Origin: Rikenellaceae bacterium DTU049
GTDB taxonomy: Bacteria; Bacteroidota; Bacteroidia; Bacteroidales; DTU049
Length of the DNA: 64,000 nucleotides
Assembly: GCA_001513285.1 (NCBI GenBank)
Contig: LFTI01000101.1
Location: 1,309-65,308 of the forward strand
Direction: 5' to 3'
Numbering within the stretch: position 1 is the stretch's first letter; the number at the start of each line of letters is the position of its first letter. The notes under the pieces are model-generated. The model was not told where the DNA came from. It ran no database searches and saw only the letters and a list, made by a program, of their open reading frames with translations. This document shows, in pieces, positions 1 through 10,430 of this stretch. The translations under genes and the position numbers were made by a program.

Positions 1-1
1 A

Positions 2-211
2 GATGCTGTGACAAATTTTAAAAAAGAAAATGAGTCGCTTGGTAGAGAAATTATAGAATTAAAGAATGAATTAATGAATAAAGATAAAGAAATAATAAAT
101 ATAAAAGTATCAAAAATAATTGAAGAAAAAGGCGCTACTGACCAAGCAACTCGTCATATCAAAAAGATGATAAATCGTATTGATAAATGTATAGCAATGT
201 TAAAAGAGTAA
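2..211 (+). CDS. hypothetical coiled-coil protein, probably 5'-partial at the window edge
   Basis: ORF track 8..211 (GTG). The frame stays open back to position 2. K/E/I/L-rich heptad-like sequence directly upstream of a ZapA-like gene. Confidence 0.45.
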   Translation, partial: DAVTNFKKENESLGREIIELKNELMNKDKEIINIKVSKIIEEKGATDQATRHIKKMINRIDKCIAMLKE

Positions 212-217
212 GGTGAA

Positions 218-505
218 ATGGAGGAAACTATTAATATTAATGTTAGTTTAGGTGGCATAGCCATACCTCTAAAAGTAAATGTAAGTGATGAAGCTAATAT
301 TAGAAAAATTGTAAAAGCTCTAGATGATCAATTAACGATATACTCACGCAAATATACGGGACAAAGCCTACAAACTCTTTTATCAATGCTGCTAATAGAG
401 CAGGCTATTACTTTATCAAAATTACAACAAGAACATCTTTTTGTTGAGGAGGAATTAGGTGGTAGATTGGAGCAAATATTATCTTTATTTGATACACAAG
501 TGTGA
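218..505 (+). CDS. zapA: ZapA-like cell division protein
   Basis: 95-aa protein with ZapA-like size and layout (N-terminal beta region 'ININVSLGGIAIPLKV', C-terminal helix). It sits immediately upstream of rny, as is usual in Bacteroidota. Confidence 0.6.
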   Translation: MEETININVSLGGIAIPLKVNVSDEANIRKIVKALDDQLTIYSRKYTGQSLQTLLSMLLIEQAITLSKLQQEHLFVEEELGGRLEQILSLFDTQV

Positions 506-632
506 GTTTAATAATTTTTCACTTTACTCACCTCCCCATATTGTCATAGCATTCTAAAACTAATTTTTTTTAATTTAAAAGTTTTAAAATAAATTAAAAA
601 AATAAATTAACTAACTAAAAAAATATAAAACT

Positions 633-2174
633 ATGACAAATGTAGTGATATTGGTGATAGAAATAGCTGTAATAGCTATTGGCATAGCAGCTTGGTATTT
701 CATAATTAAGCGAAATGCTTTAAAAAAACGTGATATAATATTACAAGATGCTCAAAAACAAGCTGAAGTATTGAAACAAGAAAAAATACTCGAGGCTAAA
801 GAAAAATCTCTTCAATATAAAACAAGAGCTGAAGAGGAAATACAACAAAAAACAAAAAAACTTAATGCTTTAGAAAATAAACTATTGCAACAAGACCTCG
901 TTATCAAGCAAAAAAATGATGAGCTACAAAAGAAAATTAAAGAGTATAATCAACAAAAAGAACAATTAATCAAAGATCAAGCTTCTCTAAGTGAAAAAAT
1001 AGAAAAGACTAGCGAAACTCTAAAAGCATATCGAAATCAATTAGAAAGAATTGCTGGATTAACTGCTGAACAAGCTCGTAAAGAACTGATAGAGTCAATG
1101 AAAGAAGATGCTAGAATCCAAGTGAGAAATTATGTTAAAAATCTAGTAGATGAAGCTCGTATGCAAGCAGAAGATGAATCTAGAAAAATCATTATTGAAA
1201 CTATTCAACGTACAGCTACCGAGTATTCTTCTGAAGCTGCTGTAAGCACTTTCCCTATTTCTGGTGATGATATGAAAGGAAGAATTATCGGAAGAGATGG
1301 TAGAAATATTAAAACTTTAGAAGCTGCTACTGGAGTAGAAATAATCATTGATGATACACCAGATTTGATTGTTTTATCTTCTTTTGATCCAGTTAGGCGA
1401 GAAATAGCTAGATTATCTTTAGAAATGCTAGTGGCTGATGGCCGTATACAACCTGCTCGTATAGAAGAAGTAGTAGCTAAAGTAAAAAAACAAATCGAGC
1501 AAGAAATTATGAAAGCAGGTAAAGATACGCTCATAGATCTTGGTATCACTAATATGCATCAAGATTTGATTCGATTAATTGGTAAAATGAAATATCGTAC
1601 TTCTTTTGGACAAAATCTCCTAGCACATAGTAAAGAAGTAGCTCTGATGTGTGCTACTATGGCAGCAGAGCTTGGTCTCAATCCTAAATTGGCTAAAAGA
1701 GCTGGCTTATTGCACGATATTGGTAAGGTTCCTGATAATGAACCAGAATTACCTCATGCTATTTTAGGTATGAAATTAGCAGAAAAATATAAAGAGCATC
1801 CTGATGTTATTAATGCTATTGGTGCTCATCATGATGAAGTAGAAGCTACAACTTTATTAGCTCCAATCATTCAAATATGCGACGCTATTAGTGGTGCTAG
1901 ACCAGGTGCACGTAGAGATGTTATAGATGCATATATTACTCGTATTAAAGAGTTAGAAAATATTGCTCAAAATTATAATGGAGTCCAAAAATCTTTTGCT
2001 ATTCAAGCTGGTAGAGAAATACGTGTTATCGTTTCCGCAGATCAAATTTCTGATGCAGATGCTTTTCAATTATCTATGGACCTTAGCAAAGAAATAGAAA
2101 ATTCATTGACATACCCAGGCCAAATTAAAGTTACAGTTATTCGAGAAACAAGAGCTGTTTCTTTTGCTAAATAA
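633..2174 (+). CDS. rny: ribonuclease Y
   Basis: 513 aa with an N-terminal TM helix, a long coiled coil, a KH domain ('[15 protein letters not shown]') and an HD domain ('LLHDIGK...GAHH'). Confidence 0.95.
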   Translation: MTNVVILVIEIAVIAIGIAAWYFIIKRNALKKRDIILQDAQKQAEVLKQEKILEAKEKSLQYKTRAEEEIQQKTKKLNALENKLLQQDLVIKQKNDELQKKIKEYNQQKEQLIKDQASLSEKIEKTSETLKAYRNQLERIAGLTAEQARKELIESMKEDARIQVRNYVKNLVDEARMQAEDESRKIIIETIQRTATEYSSEAAVSTFPISGDDMKGRIIGRDGRNIKTLEAATGVEIIIDDTPDLIVLSSFDPVRREIARLSLEMLVADGRIQPARIEEVVAKVKKQIEQEIMKAGKDTLIDLGITNMHQDLIRLIGKMKYRTSFGQNLLAHSKEVALMCATMAAELGLNPKLAKRAGLLHDIGKVPDNEPELPHAILGMKLAEKYKEHPDVINAIGAHHDEVEATTLLAPIIQICDAISGARPGARRDVIDAYITRIKELENIAQNYNGVQKSFAIQAGREIRVIVSADQISDADAFQLSMDLSKEIENSLTYPGQIKVTVIRETRAVSFAK

Positions 2175-2197
2175 TTTAATAATTTTTTCTAAAAAAT

Positions 2198-3304
2198 ATG
2201 AACTCTGATAAATTTATTATTAATTATAATGATTTAAAAATTGCCATAACTGATATTTTCACAACTATTGGAATGGATAAAAATGATGCAGAATTAGTAG
2301 CTGATGTGCTAGTAGAAGCTGAATTGCGTGGTATCCCATCACATGGTTTAGTGAGAGTAAAAGATTATTTAGGATTATGGCAAAAAAATAGATTAAATAT
2401 TAATGCTAAACCAAAAATTATTAAAGAAAGTTTAGCTACAGGTCTAGTAGATGGTGATAATGGTTTAGGAATGATTAGTGGTGATTTTGCTATGAATTTA
2501 GCTATATCAAAAGCTCAAAATGCAGGTTGTGGCGTTGTGGTTGTTAATAATTCGAATCATTTCGGTATAGCAGGATATTATGCTATCAAAGCTGTAAAGC
2601 ACGACATGATAGGTATAGCAATGACTAATGCTAACCCAACTGTAGCTCCCACATTCGCTAAACAGGCAATGCTTGGTACTAATCCTATTGCTTTTGCTAT
2701 GCCCACAAAAAACGAACCAATGTTTTTAGCCGATTTCGCTACTGTACCAATAGCTCGTGGTAAAGTCGAATTATTGGAAAAACAAGGCAAAACTGTCCCC
2801 GAAGGTATGCTACAAACTGCTGATGGCATCCCTACAATTGACCCATCTGTTTTGAGAAAAAAAGGAACCATTTTACCTTTAGGTGGCGATTATGAGCATG
2901 CTGGCTATAAAGGATATTGTTTAACTGCAATAGTGGATATATTGACAGCTATATTATCAGGAGCTAATTTTGGTAATTTTGTGCCTCCACAGGTTAGTTA
3001 TCTTCCAGAAAAAGATTACTATCCTGGCAAAGGATTAGGACATTTTTTTGCTGCTATCAAACTGGATGCTTTTAGACCAACTGATGAGGTAAAAAATTAT
3101 ATGGATTTATGGATTAGAACTATGAGAGCAACTACTCCCATTGACCCTAATCAGCCTGTACTTATACCTAATGATCCTGAAGTAGAAAAAACTAATTTTC
3201 ATAAAAAAAATGGTATTTCGATTTTACCAGAAGTCATAAATGAACTTAACCAAATATTAAATGAATTAAATATTCCAGTTCCTGACAAATTGTCTAATTT
3301 TTAA
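2198..3304 (+). CDS. Ldh_2 family (malate/L-lactate/sulfolactate-type) oxidoreductase
   Basis: 368 aa. The 'LRGIPSHGLVR' and 'NSNHFGIAGYY' motifs are typical of the type-2 malate/L-lactate dehydrogenase family. Confidence 0.85.
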   Translation: MNSDKFIINYNDLKIAITDIFTTIGMDKNDAELVADVLVEAELRGIPSHGLVRVKDYLGLWQKNRLNINAKPKIIKESLATGLVDGDNGLGMISGDFAMNLAISKAQNAGCGVVVVNNSNHFGIAGYYAIKAVKHDMIGIAMTNANPTVAPTFAKQAMLGTNPIAFAMPTKNEPMFLADFATVPIARGKVELLEKQGKTVPEGMLQTADGIPTIDPSVLRKKGTILPLGGDYEHAGYKGYCLTAIVDILTAILSGANFGNFVPPQVSYLPEKDYYPGKGLGHFFAAIKLDAFRPTDEVKNYMDLWIRTMRATTPIDPNQPVLIPNDPEVEKTNFHKKNGISILPEVINELNQILNELNIPVPDKLSNF

Positions 3305-3346
3305 TAAAGGCAAGAATTTTGCGATTAACTTAAAAAAAATATTTAT

Positions 3347-3907
3347 ATGAAAGAGAAAGATGTTTTGAAAAATGAAGAAAAGAACCTCGAAAATCCAGAA
3401 GAAATCAACACGGATGTTCAAGAAGAGAATAATAAAGACGAAATCCAAAAATATTTAGACGAATTAAAAAATCAAAATGATCAACTCAATGATAAATATT
3501 TGAGATTATGTGCTGAGTTTGATAATTATAAAAAAAGAACTAACAAAGAAAAACTAAACCTTATAGACACAGCTAATATGCAATTGATTATTGATCTTTT
3601 ACCAATTATCGATGATATAGAAAGAGGGCTAGAAGCAATAGAAAAAAATCAAACTTTAGACGCGATTTCTGACGCATATAAATTAATTTATCAAAAATTT
3701 TTAAATATATTGAAAAAATATGGAGTAGAGGAAATTAATCCAGTAAATGAGCCATTTGATATTGAATTACATGAGGCTATTAGTACTATAGAGGGGCCTG
3801 AAGATAAGAAAAATACTGTTGCTGAAGTTTTAATGAAAGGCTATAAATTAAATCTACAAGACCGCCCTGTGGTTTTACGTTATGCAAAAGTTGTAGTTTA
3901 TCAATAA
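3347..3907 (+). CDS. grpE: nucleotide exchange factor GrpE
   Basis: 186 aa. 'RLCAEFDNYKKRTNKE' and the C-terminal 'GYKLNLQDRPVVLRYAKVVV' are GrpE hallmarks. dnaJ lies directly downstream. Confidence 0.93.
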   Translation: MKEKDVLKNEEKNLENPEEINTDVQEENNKDEIQKYLDELKNQNDQLNDKYLRLCAEFDNYKKRTNKEKLNLIDTANMQLIIDLLPIIDDIERGLEAIEKNQTLDAISDAYKLIYQKFLNILKKYGVEEINPVNEPFDIELHEAISTIEGPEDKKNTVAEVLMKGYKLNLQDRPVVLRYAKVVVYQ

Positions 3908-3917
3908 AAATTAGATT

Positions 3918-5042
3918 GTGGCAAAGAAAGATTATTACGAAATTTTAGGTATAGATAGAAATGCTAGCGATGATGAGATAAAAAAAGCTTATCGCAAGCT
4001 AGCAATGAAATATCACCCAGATAGAAATCCAGAGGATAAAGAAGCTGAAGAAAAATTTAAAGAAATTGCTGAAGCATACGCAGTATTAGGTGATGCAGAC
4101 AAAAAGCAGAGATATGATAAATATGGTGATGCAGGAATGAGCGATGATTTTTTCAGCAATGATGACATATTCTCTAATTTAAATGATATCTTTGATGATT
4201 TTTTTGGTTTCAGAAGAAGAGGTGGAGAGGGAAATTATTATCAAACCTATACTCAAAAAGGCACTAATCTTCGTATTCGTATAAAATTGACACTAGAAGA
4301 AATACTCACAGGTGTAGAAAAAAAAGTTACATTAAATAAAAAAGTAGTTTGTCATGTTTGTGAAGGTATAGGAGCTAAATCTGAAGCCAGCATAATTACT
4401 TGTCCTACTTGCCGTGGCACTGGTAGGGTTACTCAAATTACAAATACTCTTTTCGGACGTGTGCAATCTACTAATGTTTGCCCTAATTGTAATGGTAAAG
4501 GAAAAATAGTAAAAGAAAAATGTGAACATTGCGGTGGCACTGGTCAAGAAGATTCTAAAGAAGTTGTTACTATTAAAATCCCTCCAGGTGCTCTGCAAGA
4601 TATGCAAATAACACTCAAAGGCCAAGGCAATCAAATATTATATGGCGTTCCAGGTGATTTAATAGTTCTAATAGAGGAAGAAGAACATCCATTATTTAAA
4701 AGAGATGGGTTAAATATTTTTTACGAACATTATATTTCTTATCCAGACGCAGTTTTAGGAACTGAAATCGAAATACCTATTTTAAATGGTAAAGCTACTA
4801 TTAAAATACCTCCTGGCACTCAACCAGGTAAATTGTTTAGACTGAGAAATAAAGGGTTGCCAGATATTAATTCATCTCAAAAAGGAGATTTCATTGTGAG
4901 TATAAATATTCATGTGCCTGACAAAATTACAAAAGAAGAAAAAACTTTGCTGGAAGAAATGAAAAAAATGAAAGATTTTAATGTGCAAAGACAATCATCT
5001 GGTAAATCATTATTCGAAAGATTAAAAGAATATTTTTATTAA
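3918..5042 (+). CDS. dnaJ: molecular chaperone DnaJ
   Basis: GTG start. J domain ('DYYEILGI...HPDRN'), G/F region and four CxxCxGxG zinc-finger repeats. Confidence 0.95.
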   Translation: MAKKDYYEILGIDRNASDDEIKKAYRKLAMKYHPDRNPEDKEAEEKFKEIAEAYAVLGDADKKQRYDKYGDAGMSDDFFSNDDIFSNLNDIFDDFFGFRRRGGEGNYYQTYTQKGTNLRIRIKLTLEEILTGVEKKVTLNKKVVCHVCEGIGAKSEASIITCPTCRGTGRVTQITNTLFGRVQSTNVCPNCNGKGKIVKEKCEHCGGTGQEDSKEVVTIKIPPGALQDMQITLKGQGNQILYGVPGDLIVLIEEEEHPLFKRDGLNIFYEHYISYPDAVLGTEIEIPILNGKATIKIPPGTQPGKLFRLRNKGLPDINSSQKGDFIVSINIHVPDKITKEEKTLLEEMKKMKDFNVQRQSSGKSLFERLKEYFY

Positions 5043-5053
5043 ACTTATTGTAT

Positions 5054-5093
5054 AAAGTTGATAAGTTGATTAGTTGAGAAGTTGATTAAAGGG
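5054..5093 (+). repeat. G/T-rich module 'aagttgataagttgattagttgagaagttgatt' (inverted counterpart of 'ctcaacttatcaactt' at 12580-12597)
   Basis: Direct comparison: the reverse complement of 12581-12597 is contained in this tract. Confidence 0.6.
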
Positions 5094-5104
5094 ATATCTA
5101 AATA

Positions 5105-5207
5105 GTAGTTTTATCAAATCATTTCCCCAGTCGATATCTTTCTTAATTCACTTAAAATCAATGATACTCAGTAATAATTTAGTTATTAATTAAACGCCTA
5201 ATTCAAT
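5105..5207 (+). repeat. intergenic repeat family A, copy 1 (internally deleted)
   Basis: 'gtagttttatcaaatcatttcc...aaaatcaatgatactca...gtaataatttagttattaattaaacgcctaattcaat' matches the 3' two-thirds of 9958..10245. Confidence 0.8.
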
Positions 5208-5211
5208 TTAT

Positions 5212-5769
5212 CTAAGTATTAATCAAGGTTATAATTACACAAACCACTCCATTAATGAAATAAAACATTGAAGACATAATATAAAATATTTTTACAGAGC
5301 CTAATCTATTAACCTGCTTGCCCGCATATACACCAATAAATAAAAATAGCAAGATAAAAATAATTGTATACAACATCGATCTATAGATATTAGCAAACAT
5401 ATAACTGACAGATAAAGCAGCTAAAAATGATTCGAAACTCAATGATAACGATATCGTAAGTACTGTCTTAAATTTATTCAAATCTACAATTAATTCACTT
5501 AGTTTGCCCTTAGCTATACTGAAATACATCCTAACAGCTAAAAATAGAAATAGAATTATACTTATTATGCCAGGATAGAAAGGTAAAGTAACCATCGTAG
5601 CCAATCCTAATTTGTAACCTAAAAAGTACATTAACATTGATACTATAGCAAAAATCAAATTCACCATTACAATTTGTGCATTTGATTTGAAAATTAATGC
5701 ATGTCGATACGATGTAGCCATTAAAAAAAATCCAAGACTGATGCTTGCTAAAATAGGAATTATGTCCAT
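5212..5769 (-). CDS. small polytopic membrane protein, possibly MntP/DUF204-like
   Basis: 185 aa with about 6 hydrophobic segments. Size and two-half architecture resemble manganese efflux pump MntP, but the first-half acidic motif is not evident. Confidence 0.4.
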   Translation of the reverse strand: MDIIPILASISLGFFLMATSYRHALIFKSNAQIVMVNLIFAIVSMLMYFLGYKLGLATMVTLPFYPGIISIILFLFLAVRMYFSIAKGKLSELIVDLNKFKTVLTISLSLSFESFLAALSVSYMFANIYRSMLYTIIFILLFLFIGVYAGKQVNRLGSVKIFYIMSSMFYFINGVVCVIITLINT

Positions 5770-5870
5770 ATTTTTTTCTTTATTTACAAAAATACTAAAA
5801 AAATAGCTTTATTTATTGATATCTTTTTTTAAATTTTGCATAATATTTTTGTTATATTACATACTAATAA

Positions 5871-6872
5871 ATGAAAATACTTATTAGTCCATTAGATTGG
5901 GGACTCGGGCATGCTACTAGGCTCATTCCTATTATTAAAAAATTATCAGATAATGGTAATGACATCATTATAGCTGGTAATGGTAAAAGCTTTGCTTTAA
6001 TCAAAAAATATTTTGATAATGCTCAATTCATCCCATTTTATTCTATTCATTTTAAATATTCTAAAAATGGCCTTAATATTTTTAATTATTTCATCATCGC
6101 TTTTCAGATAATCTGGCAAACTATTTATGAACATTTTAAACTTAAAAAATTAATAAAATTGTACAAAATAGATATCATCATTAGTGATAATCGCTACGGT
6201 TTATTTAATAAAAATGTTACTTCATATTTCATTACTCACCAGCTAAATGTAATTTTACCAAAATATTTATCTTTTGCTAATCCATTAATTAATAGTTATA
6301 TAAGGCATTATCTTAAAAAATACGATCAAATTTTGATTCCAGATTACCAAGCTTATAATGAAAGCTTAGCAGGCAAATTATCTCATCCATCTAATTATAA
6401 TAAATTACCTGTCTCATATATAGGACCTTTATCTAGATTTGATAAGTTATATATTTCAAAAAATGAAAAACAATATGATGTAGTTATATTAATTTCTGCT
6501 CCATTATCATATTGCAAATTAATTGTAAAAAAATTAAGTGATTTTGCTTCTTTGAATACCTCAGTTTCTTTTGCTATAATCTCTCCATATTTATTTGGAA
6601 TTAATCATACTAATCTAACGATTATAAATTCTCCAGATGATATCCAATGGCTATCTATAGTCTCAAACGCTAAAAATATAATTTCTACAGCAGGTTATTC
6701 TACTATAATGGATTTATTTTTAATAAATAAAAATGCTATTTTAGTTCCAGTGAAAGGACAAACTGAGCAAGAATATTTAGCTAATTATTTGAATAATAAA
6801 TATGGATTTAAAAAAGCAGACTCTTTCAATAATGCTATCGCACAAGTTTTGCAATACTGCATTGAGAAATAA
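5871..6872 (+). CDS. glycosyltransferase (GT-B, MGT/MurG-like family)
   Basis: The N-terminal 'MKILISPLDWGLGHATR' motif is typical of the GT1/GT28-like family, and the C-terminal half reads 'GYSTIMDL...PVKGQTEQEYLA'. The last codons and the stop lie inside repeat family A. Confidence 0.7.
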   Translation: MKILISPLDWGLGHATRLIPIIKKLSDNGNDIIIAGNGKSFALIKKYFDNAQFIPFYSIHFKYSKNGLNIFNYFIIAFQIIWQTIYEHFKLKKLIKLYKIDIIISDNRYGLFNKNVTSYFITHQLNVILPKYLSFANPLINSYIRHYLKKYDQILIPDYQAYNESLAGKLSHPSNYNKLPVSYIGPLSRFDKLYISKNEKQYDVVILISAPLSYCKLIVKKLSDFASLNTSVSFAIISPYLFGINHTNLTIINSPDDIQWLSIVSNAKNIISTAGYSTIMDLFLINKNAILVPVKGQTEQEYLANYLNNKYGFKKADSFNNAIAQVLQYCIEK

Positions 6873-7087
6873 TTTGCAATAAAACAAGCAAGTCGTATTG
6901 GATAGAAACGATTTTATAGGGTTTTATAATTTTAAACCCATCAAATCATTTCCCGAGCAGAGACTTTTCTTTGTGTGGCTAACAAAGAAAAATAAATTAG
7001 AATGAAATTTATTTAAAATCAATAATACTCATAAGAAATATAGCTATTAAAGTGAATAAACCAGTAATAATTTAGTTATTAATTAAA
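6866..7087 (+). repeat. intergenic repeat family A, copy 2
   Basis: 'gagaaataatttgcaataaaacaagcaagtcgtattggata...gggtttta..taaaccc...atcatttcccgagcagagacttttctttgtgtggctaacaaagaaaa...atttatttaaaatcaataatactcataagaaa...ccagtaataatttagttattaattaaa'. Confidence 0.85.
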
Positions 7088-7152
7088 AAAATTTCTTTTG
7101 AAAAATTAATAAAAATGCTTAAATTTGTAAAATTTATTTTCATAAATTAATT

Positions 7153-8289
7153 ATGGATCGTAGAGATTTTATCAAGCAAAGTTTAATTACAGGAGTAGGT
7201 GGATTTTTATTAACACAACTTCCATTTTTAAATAAATTAGAAGCTAAAAATACAATAAATAAAATCATGCAAAACGAAGAACAATTAGCCAAATATTGGG
7301 AAAATATTAATGATACTACAGTTAGATGTTTACTATGTCCTAATTATTGCGTAATAAAGGACGGACAAGTAGGTATATGCAAAGATCGCAAAAATATTGA
7401 TGGTAAATTATACAGCTTATCATATGGCAGAATAGTAGCACTTAATATCGATCCAATTGAAAAAAAACCTTTATATCATTTCTTACCTATGTCTACTATA
7501 CTATCCTTTGGTACAGCAGGTTGCAATTTTTCATGTAAAAATTGCCAAAATTGGGATATAGCTCAGGTATCTCCATTGTCTGTAAAATCTTATAATTACA
7601 CACCAGAGCAACTGATAAAAGCAGCTTTAGCACAAAATATACCATCTATAGCATTTACATACAATGAGCCTACTGTTTTTTATGAATTTATGTATGAAAC
7701 TGCACTTTTAGCTAAAAATAATGGCATCAAAACTGTTTTAGTTAGCAATGGATATATTAATCCTCAACCATTAGCTGATTTAATTCCATATTTAGACGCT
7801 GCCAATATAGATTTGAAATCATTTGACGATAATATTTATTTAAGATTAAATGGTGGTAAACTACAGCCAGTTTTAAATACTTTAAAAAATTTAAAAGAAA
7901 ATGGTGTTTGGTTAGAAATCACTAATCTAATAGTACCCACCTATACAGATGATTTGAATATGATAGAGAATATGGTGAAATGGTTGATAGATAATGGTTT
8001 CGCAGATGTACCTTTACATTTTTCAAGATTTTTCCCTGCATATAAATTATCTAATTTACCACCTACACCTGTAGAAACTATTATGGCTGCTGTCAAAATA
8101 GCTCGTGATAATGGTATGAGATATGTTTACACTGGTAATGTTTTAGACGTAAATAATGATAGTACTTTTTGCCCTCAATGCAATTCTATTTTGATAAAAC
8201 GTCAAGGTTATCATACATCTATCATAGGTTTAAATAGCGAAGGAAATTGCACGAAATGTGGTTATCATATTCCTGGTGTTTGGTCATAG
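7153..8289 (+). CDS. AmmeMemoRadiSam-system-type radical SAM enzyme with N-terminal twin-arginine signal
   Basis: 'CPNYCVIKDGQVGICKDRKN', 'DPIEKKPLYHF' and the radical SAM cluster 'CNFSCKNCQNW' match this family. The N-terminus 'MDRRDFIKQSL' plus a hydrophobic stretch is Tat-like. Confidence 0.8.
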   Translation: MDRRDFIKQSLITGVGGFLLTQLPFLNKLEAKNTINKIMQNEEQLAKYWENINDTTVRCLLCPNYCVIKDGQVGICKDRKNIDGKLYSLSYGRIVALNIDPIEKKPLYHFLPMSTILSFGTAGCNFSCKNCQNWDIAQVSPLSVKSYNYTPEQLIKAALAQNIPSIAFTYNEPTVFYEFMYETALLAKNNGIKTVLVSNGYINPQPLADLIPYLDAANIDLKSFDDNIYLRLNGGKLQPVLNTLKNLKENGVWLEITNLIVPTYTDDLNMIENMVKWLIDNGFADVPLHFSRFFPAYKLSNLPPTPVETIMAAVKIARDNGMRYVYTGNVLDVNNDSTFCPQCNSILIKRQGYHTSIIGLNSEGNCTKCGYHIPGVWS

Positions 8290-8388
8290 ACACTGTATTT
8301 TCTAAAATATAAACATTAGTATTTTTTCTATTAATTTATAATTTTAAGTTTAACTATTTTTGTAAAAAAAAGTTAAACTTAATTTTTA

Positions 8389-9831
8389 ATGGAGAAATTT
8401 TTATTTTTTATTTTACTGATGATAAGCATGGTAGCAATGTCACAAAATACGGTTATAAATAAAAATTTTGATGACAATGATTTTTTACATAGTAATGATA
8501 TTGATAGCACACTACATATGATCACCCCTTATTTTAGTGGATTAGCAAGTGAAAAAAATTATGAACTTTTGTTCGGAGTTAACTTTAAAAAAGAGTTTCA
8601 AAACAAAAATACTTTTTTCAAAATATGGACAAAACCTGAGTTTTTATTTTTTTCTTTGTATGATTACCTAGACGAATATGATTCTATCTCTCGTTTCCCT
8701 GGAGGAGAAAAAATTTATAATGAACATTACTCGTGGAATGCACCTATAGAACTAACTATGACTGTAAAAAATCATTATACTTTGTCTGTGGGTTACAGTA
8801 AATTTCATTGGGGTAATGGATATAGAGGATTGAATATATCATACGCCAGTGCCAATTATCCTTATTTGCTTCAGCGATTTACAATCAAAGGATTAGATTT
8901 TTCATGGGCTATGATGAGATGGACTAATCCATTAACAAAGCCAAACTATGATAAATATTCCATATTTCATAGTTTTTCATTTAATATCGGGCAAAAATGG
9001 CGATTTGCATTTTTCGAAAACATCATTTATCCTGCTAGAGATAGTACTCACAACAATTTTGAGTTTGTATATTTATTGCCTCACATTTTTTACAGATATA
9101 TAGATTATTCCCTTGGATCACCTTATAATTTATATTTTGGTGGGAATTTTAATTGGCGCGCTGGTAAAAATTTTCAAATCTATGGACAAGCTATTTTAGA
9201 TGATTTCATTTTCAGTGAATTTCGAAAAGACATAAAGCATAGATTACATCCTAATGATAGCAACATAGTTTATGGTAATTGGATGAATAAATATGCCATA
9301 CAAATAGGTATCAAGTGGAGAACAAATAATAATAATTTCCGCTCGAGATTAGAATTTAATGCTGTTCGCCCTTATACTTATAGTCACAAAAATCCCATTC
9401 AAAATTTCTCTAATAATGGCCAGCCTGTTGCTCATCCTTTCGGAGCCAATTTTTACGAAGCTTTGCTTGAGGCTTCACTTATCAAAAAAAATTGGCAATT
9501 TTATTTCATAAGTTTCTATAAACACATTGGCTATGACTCTACTGGTACTCATTTTGGACAAAATATTTTCCAACCTACCTTTGATGCTTATACAGGCAAT
9601 AACATTCCCGTAAACCCATTCTATAATGTTATAGGACAGGGAAATGTGGAGAGATTGATAGCTACACAGATTAATATTATGTATAAATATAAAATCAACT
9701 ATGTAGATTATATTTACTTGGGTGCTGGATTAGAATACAGATGCAGCATTAATGGAGATTATAGCAAATTAATTCCTTTTATCAGAATACAATTTAATAT
9801 TAATAATATGCATGTGTGGCATAGCTATTAG
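8389..9831 (+). CDS. putative outer-membrane beta-barrel protein (Wzi/RemB-like is only a guess)
   Basis: 480 aa with a signal peptide, an aromatic-rich alternating pattern and a C-terminal aromatic residue. 'AVRPYTYSH...QPVAHPFGANFYE' reminds me of capsule-assembly/gliding OM proteins. Confidence 0.4.
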   Translation: MEKFLFFILLMISMVAMSQNTVINKNFDDNDFLHSNDIDSTLHMITPYFSGLASEKNYELLFGVNFKKEFQNKNTFFKIWTKPEFLFFSLYDYLDEYDSISRFPGGEKIYNEHYSWNAPIELTMTVKNHYTLSVGYSKFHWGNGYRGLNISYASANYPYLLQRFTIKGLDFSWAMMRWTNPLTKPNYDKYSIFHSFSFNIGQKWRFAFFENIIYPARDSTHNNFEFVYLLPHIFYRYIDYSLGSPYNLYFGGNFNWRAGKNFQIYGQAILDDFIFSEFRKDIKHRLHPNDSNIVYGNWMNKYAIQIGIKWRTNNNNFRSRLEFNAVRPYTYSHKNPIQNFSNNGQPVAHPFGANFYEALLEASLIKKNWQFYFISFYKHIGYDSTGTHFGQNIFQPTFDAYTGNNIPVNPFYNVIGQGNVERLIATQINIMYKYKINYVDYIYLGAGLEYRCSINGDYSKLIPFIRIQFNINNMHVWHSY

Positions 9832-9957
9832 TATTTTCACAATGTAGAAATCATAATAAACTTATTGAAATATGCGTTTAGATAATAAAGTCCTTTTTGA
9901 TTTTTTGTACTAAAAAATGCCTTTACAATAATTCGTAAGTTATGGCAATACCGCATT

Positions 9958-10245
9958 GGGAAATGATTTGCAATAAAACAAGCAAGCCGTGTTGGATATA
10001 AGGGTTTACACTGTTTGAGCAAGCTAAAGCTTGCGAGTTTGTAAACCCACAGAGGTGATTGCGTAGTTTTATCAAAACATTTCCACAGCGGAGACTTTTC
10101 TTTTGTTACTTTTCTTTGTGTGGCTGACAAAGAAAAGTAATTTAAATAAAAATTTATTTAAAATCAATTATGCTCATAAGAAAAATAGCTATTATCGAGG
10201 ATGAACCAGTAATAATTTAGTTATTAATTAAACGCCTAATTCAAT
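9958..10245 (+). repeat. intergenic repeat family A, copy 3 (longest)
   Basis: Same module order as copy 2 with an expanded 'gggtttaca...tgtaaaccc' hairpin. Ends 'taataatttagttattaattaaacgcctaattcaat', like copy 1. Confidence 0.85.
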
Positions 10246-10430
10246 AAACTTACTAAGAAAAATATTAACAAAGCCAATTTAATCTATATTATTTAAGTTT
10301 TTAATTATAATATTGCTATTTTAGATAAATTAAATATGGTTTTATAACGTTTTATATGGACAAGGATTAAAATATTTTTTTTATTTAAAAATTTTTTATA
10401 ATTTAGCTATGTAAAACCGTAAAAAATTAA

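Noticed and set aside
506-632. 6S RNA (ssrS) downstream of zapA, as in E. coli.
   Set aside because: The gap is only about 127 bp, is almost pure A/T apart from a short 'cacctccccatat' word, and shows no extended pairing potential.
1205-1549. Antisense ORFs inside well-supported genes: 1205..1549, 2578..2871, 4332..4634, 17824..18012, 18286..18519, 29823..30065, 30936..31160, 42588..42839, 47909..48196, 49419..49856, 54433..54654, 55247..55504, 57361..57831 and others in the track.
   Set aside because: Each lies opposite a gene with clear family motifs. They have no start context or promoter box, and their composition is typical of antisense frames.
9837-10130. 97-aa minus-strand ORF after the OM barrel gene.
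   Set aside because: It lies entirely within intergenic repeat family A copy 3. The other copies of the repeat do not preserve the frame.
5105-10245. Integron-like cassette array, with family A repeats acting as attC-like sites.
   Set aside because: There is no integrase gene in or next to the region. The bracketed blocks contain two genes each, including a divergently oriented one. The fourth copy is isolated 35 kb away. Kept only as a generic recombination-site possibility.
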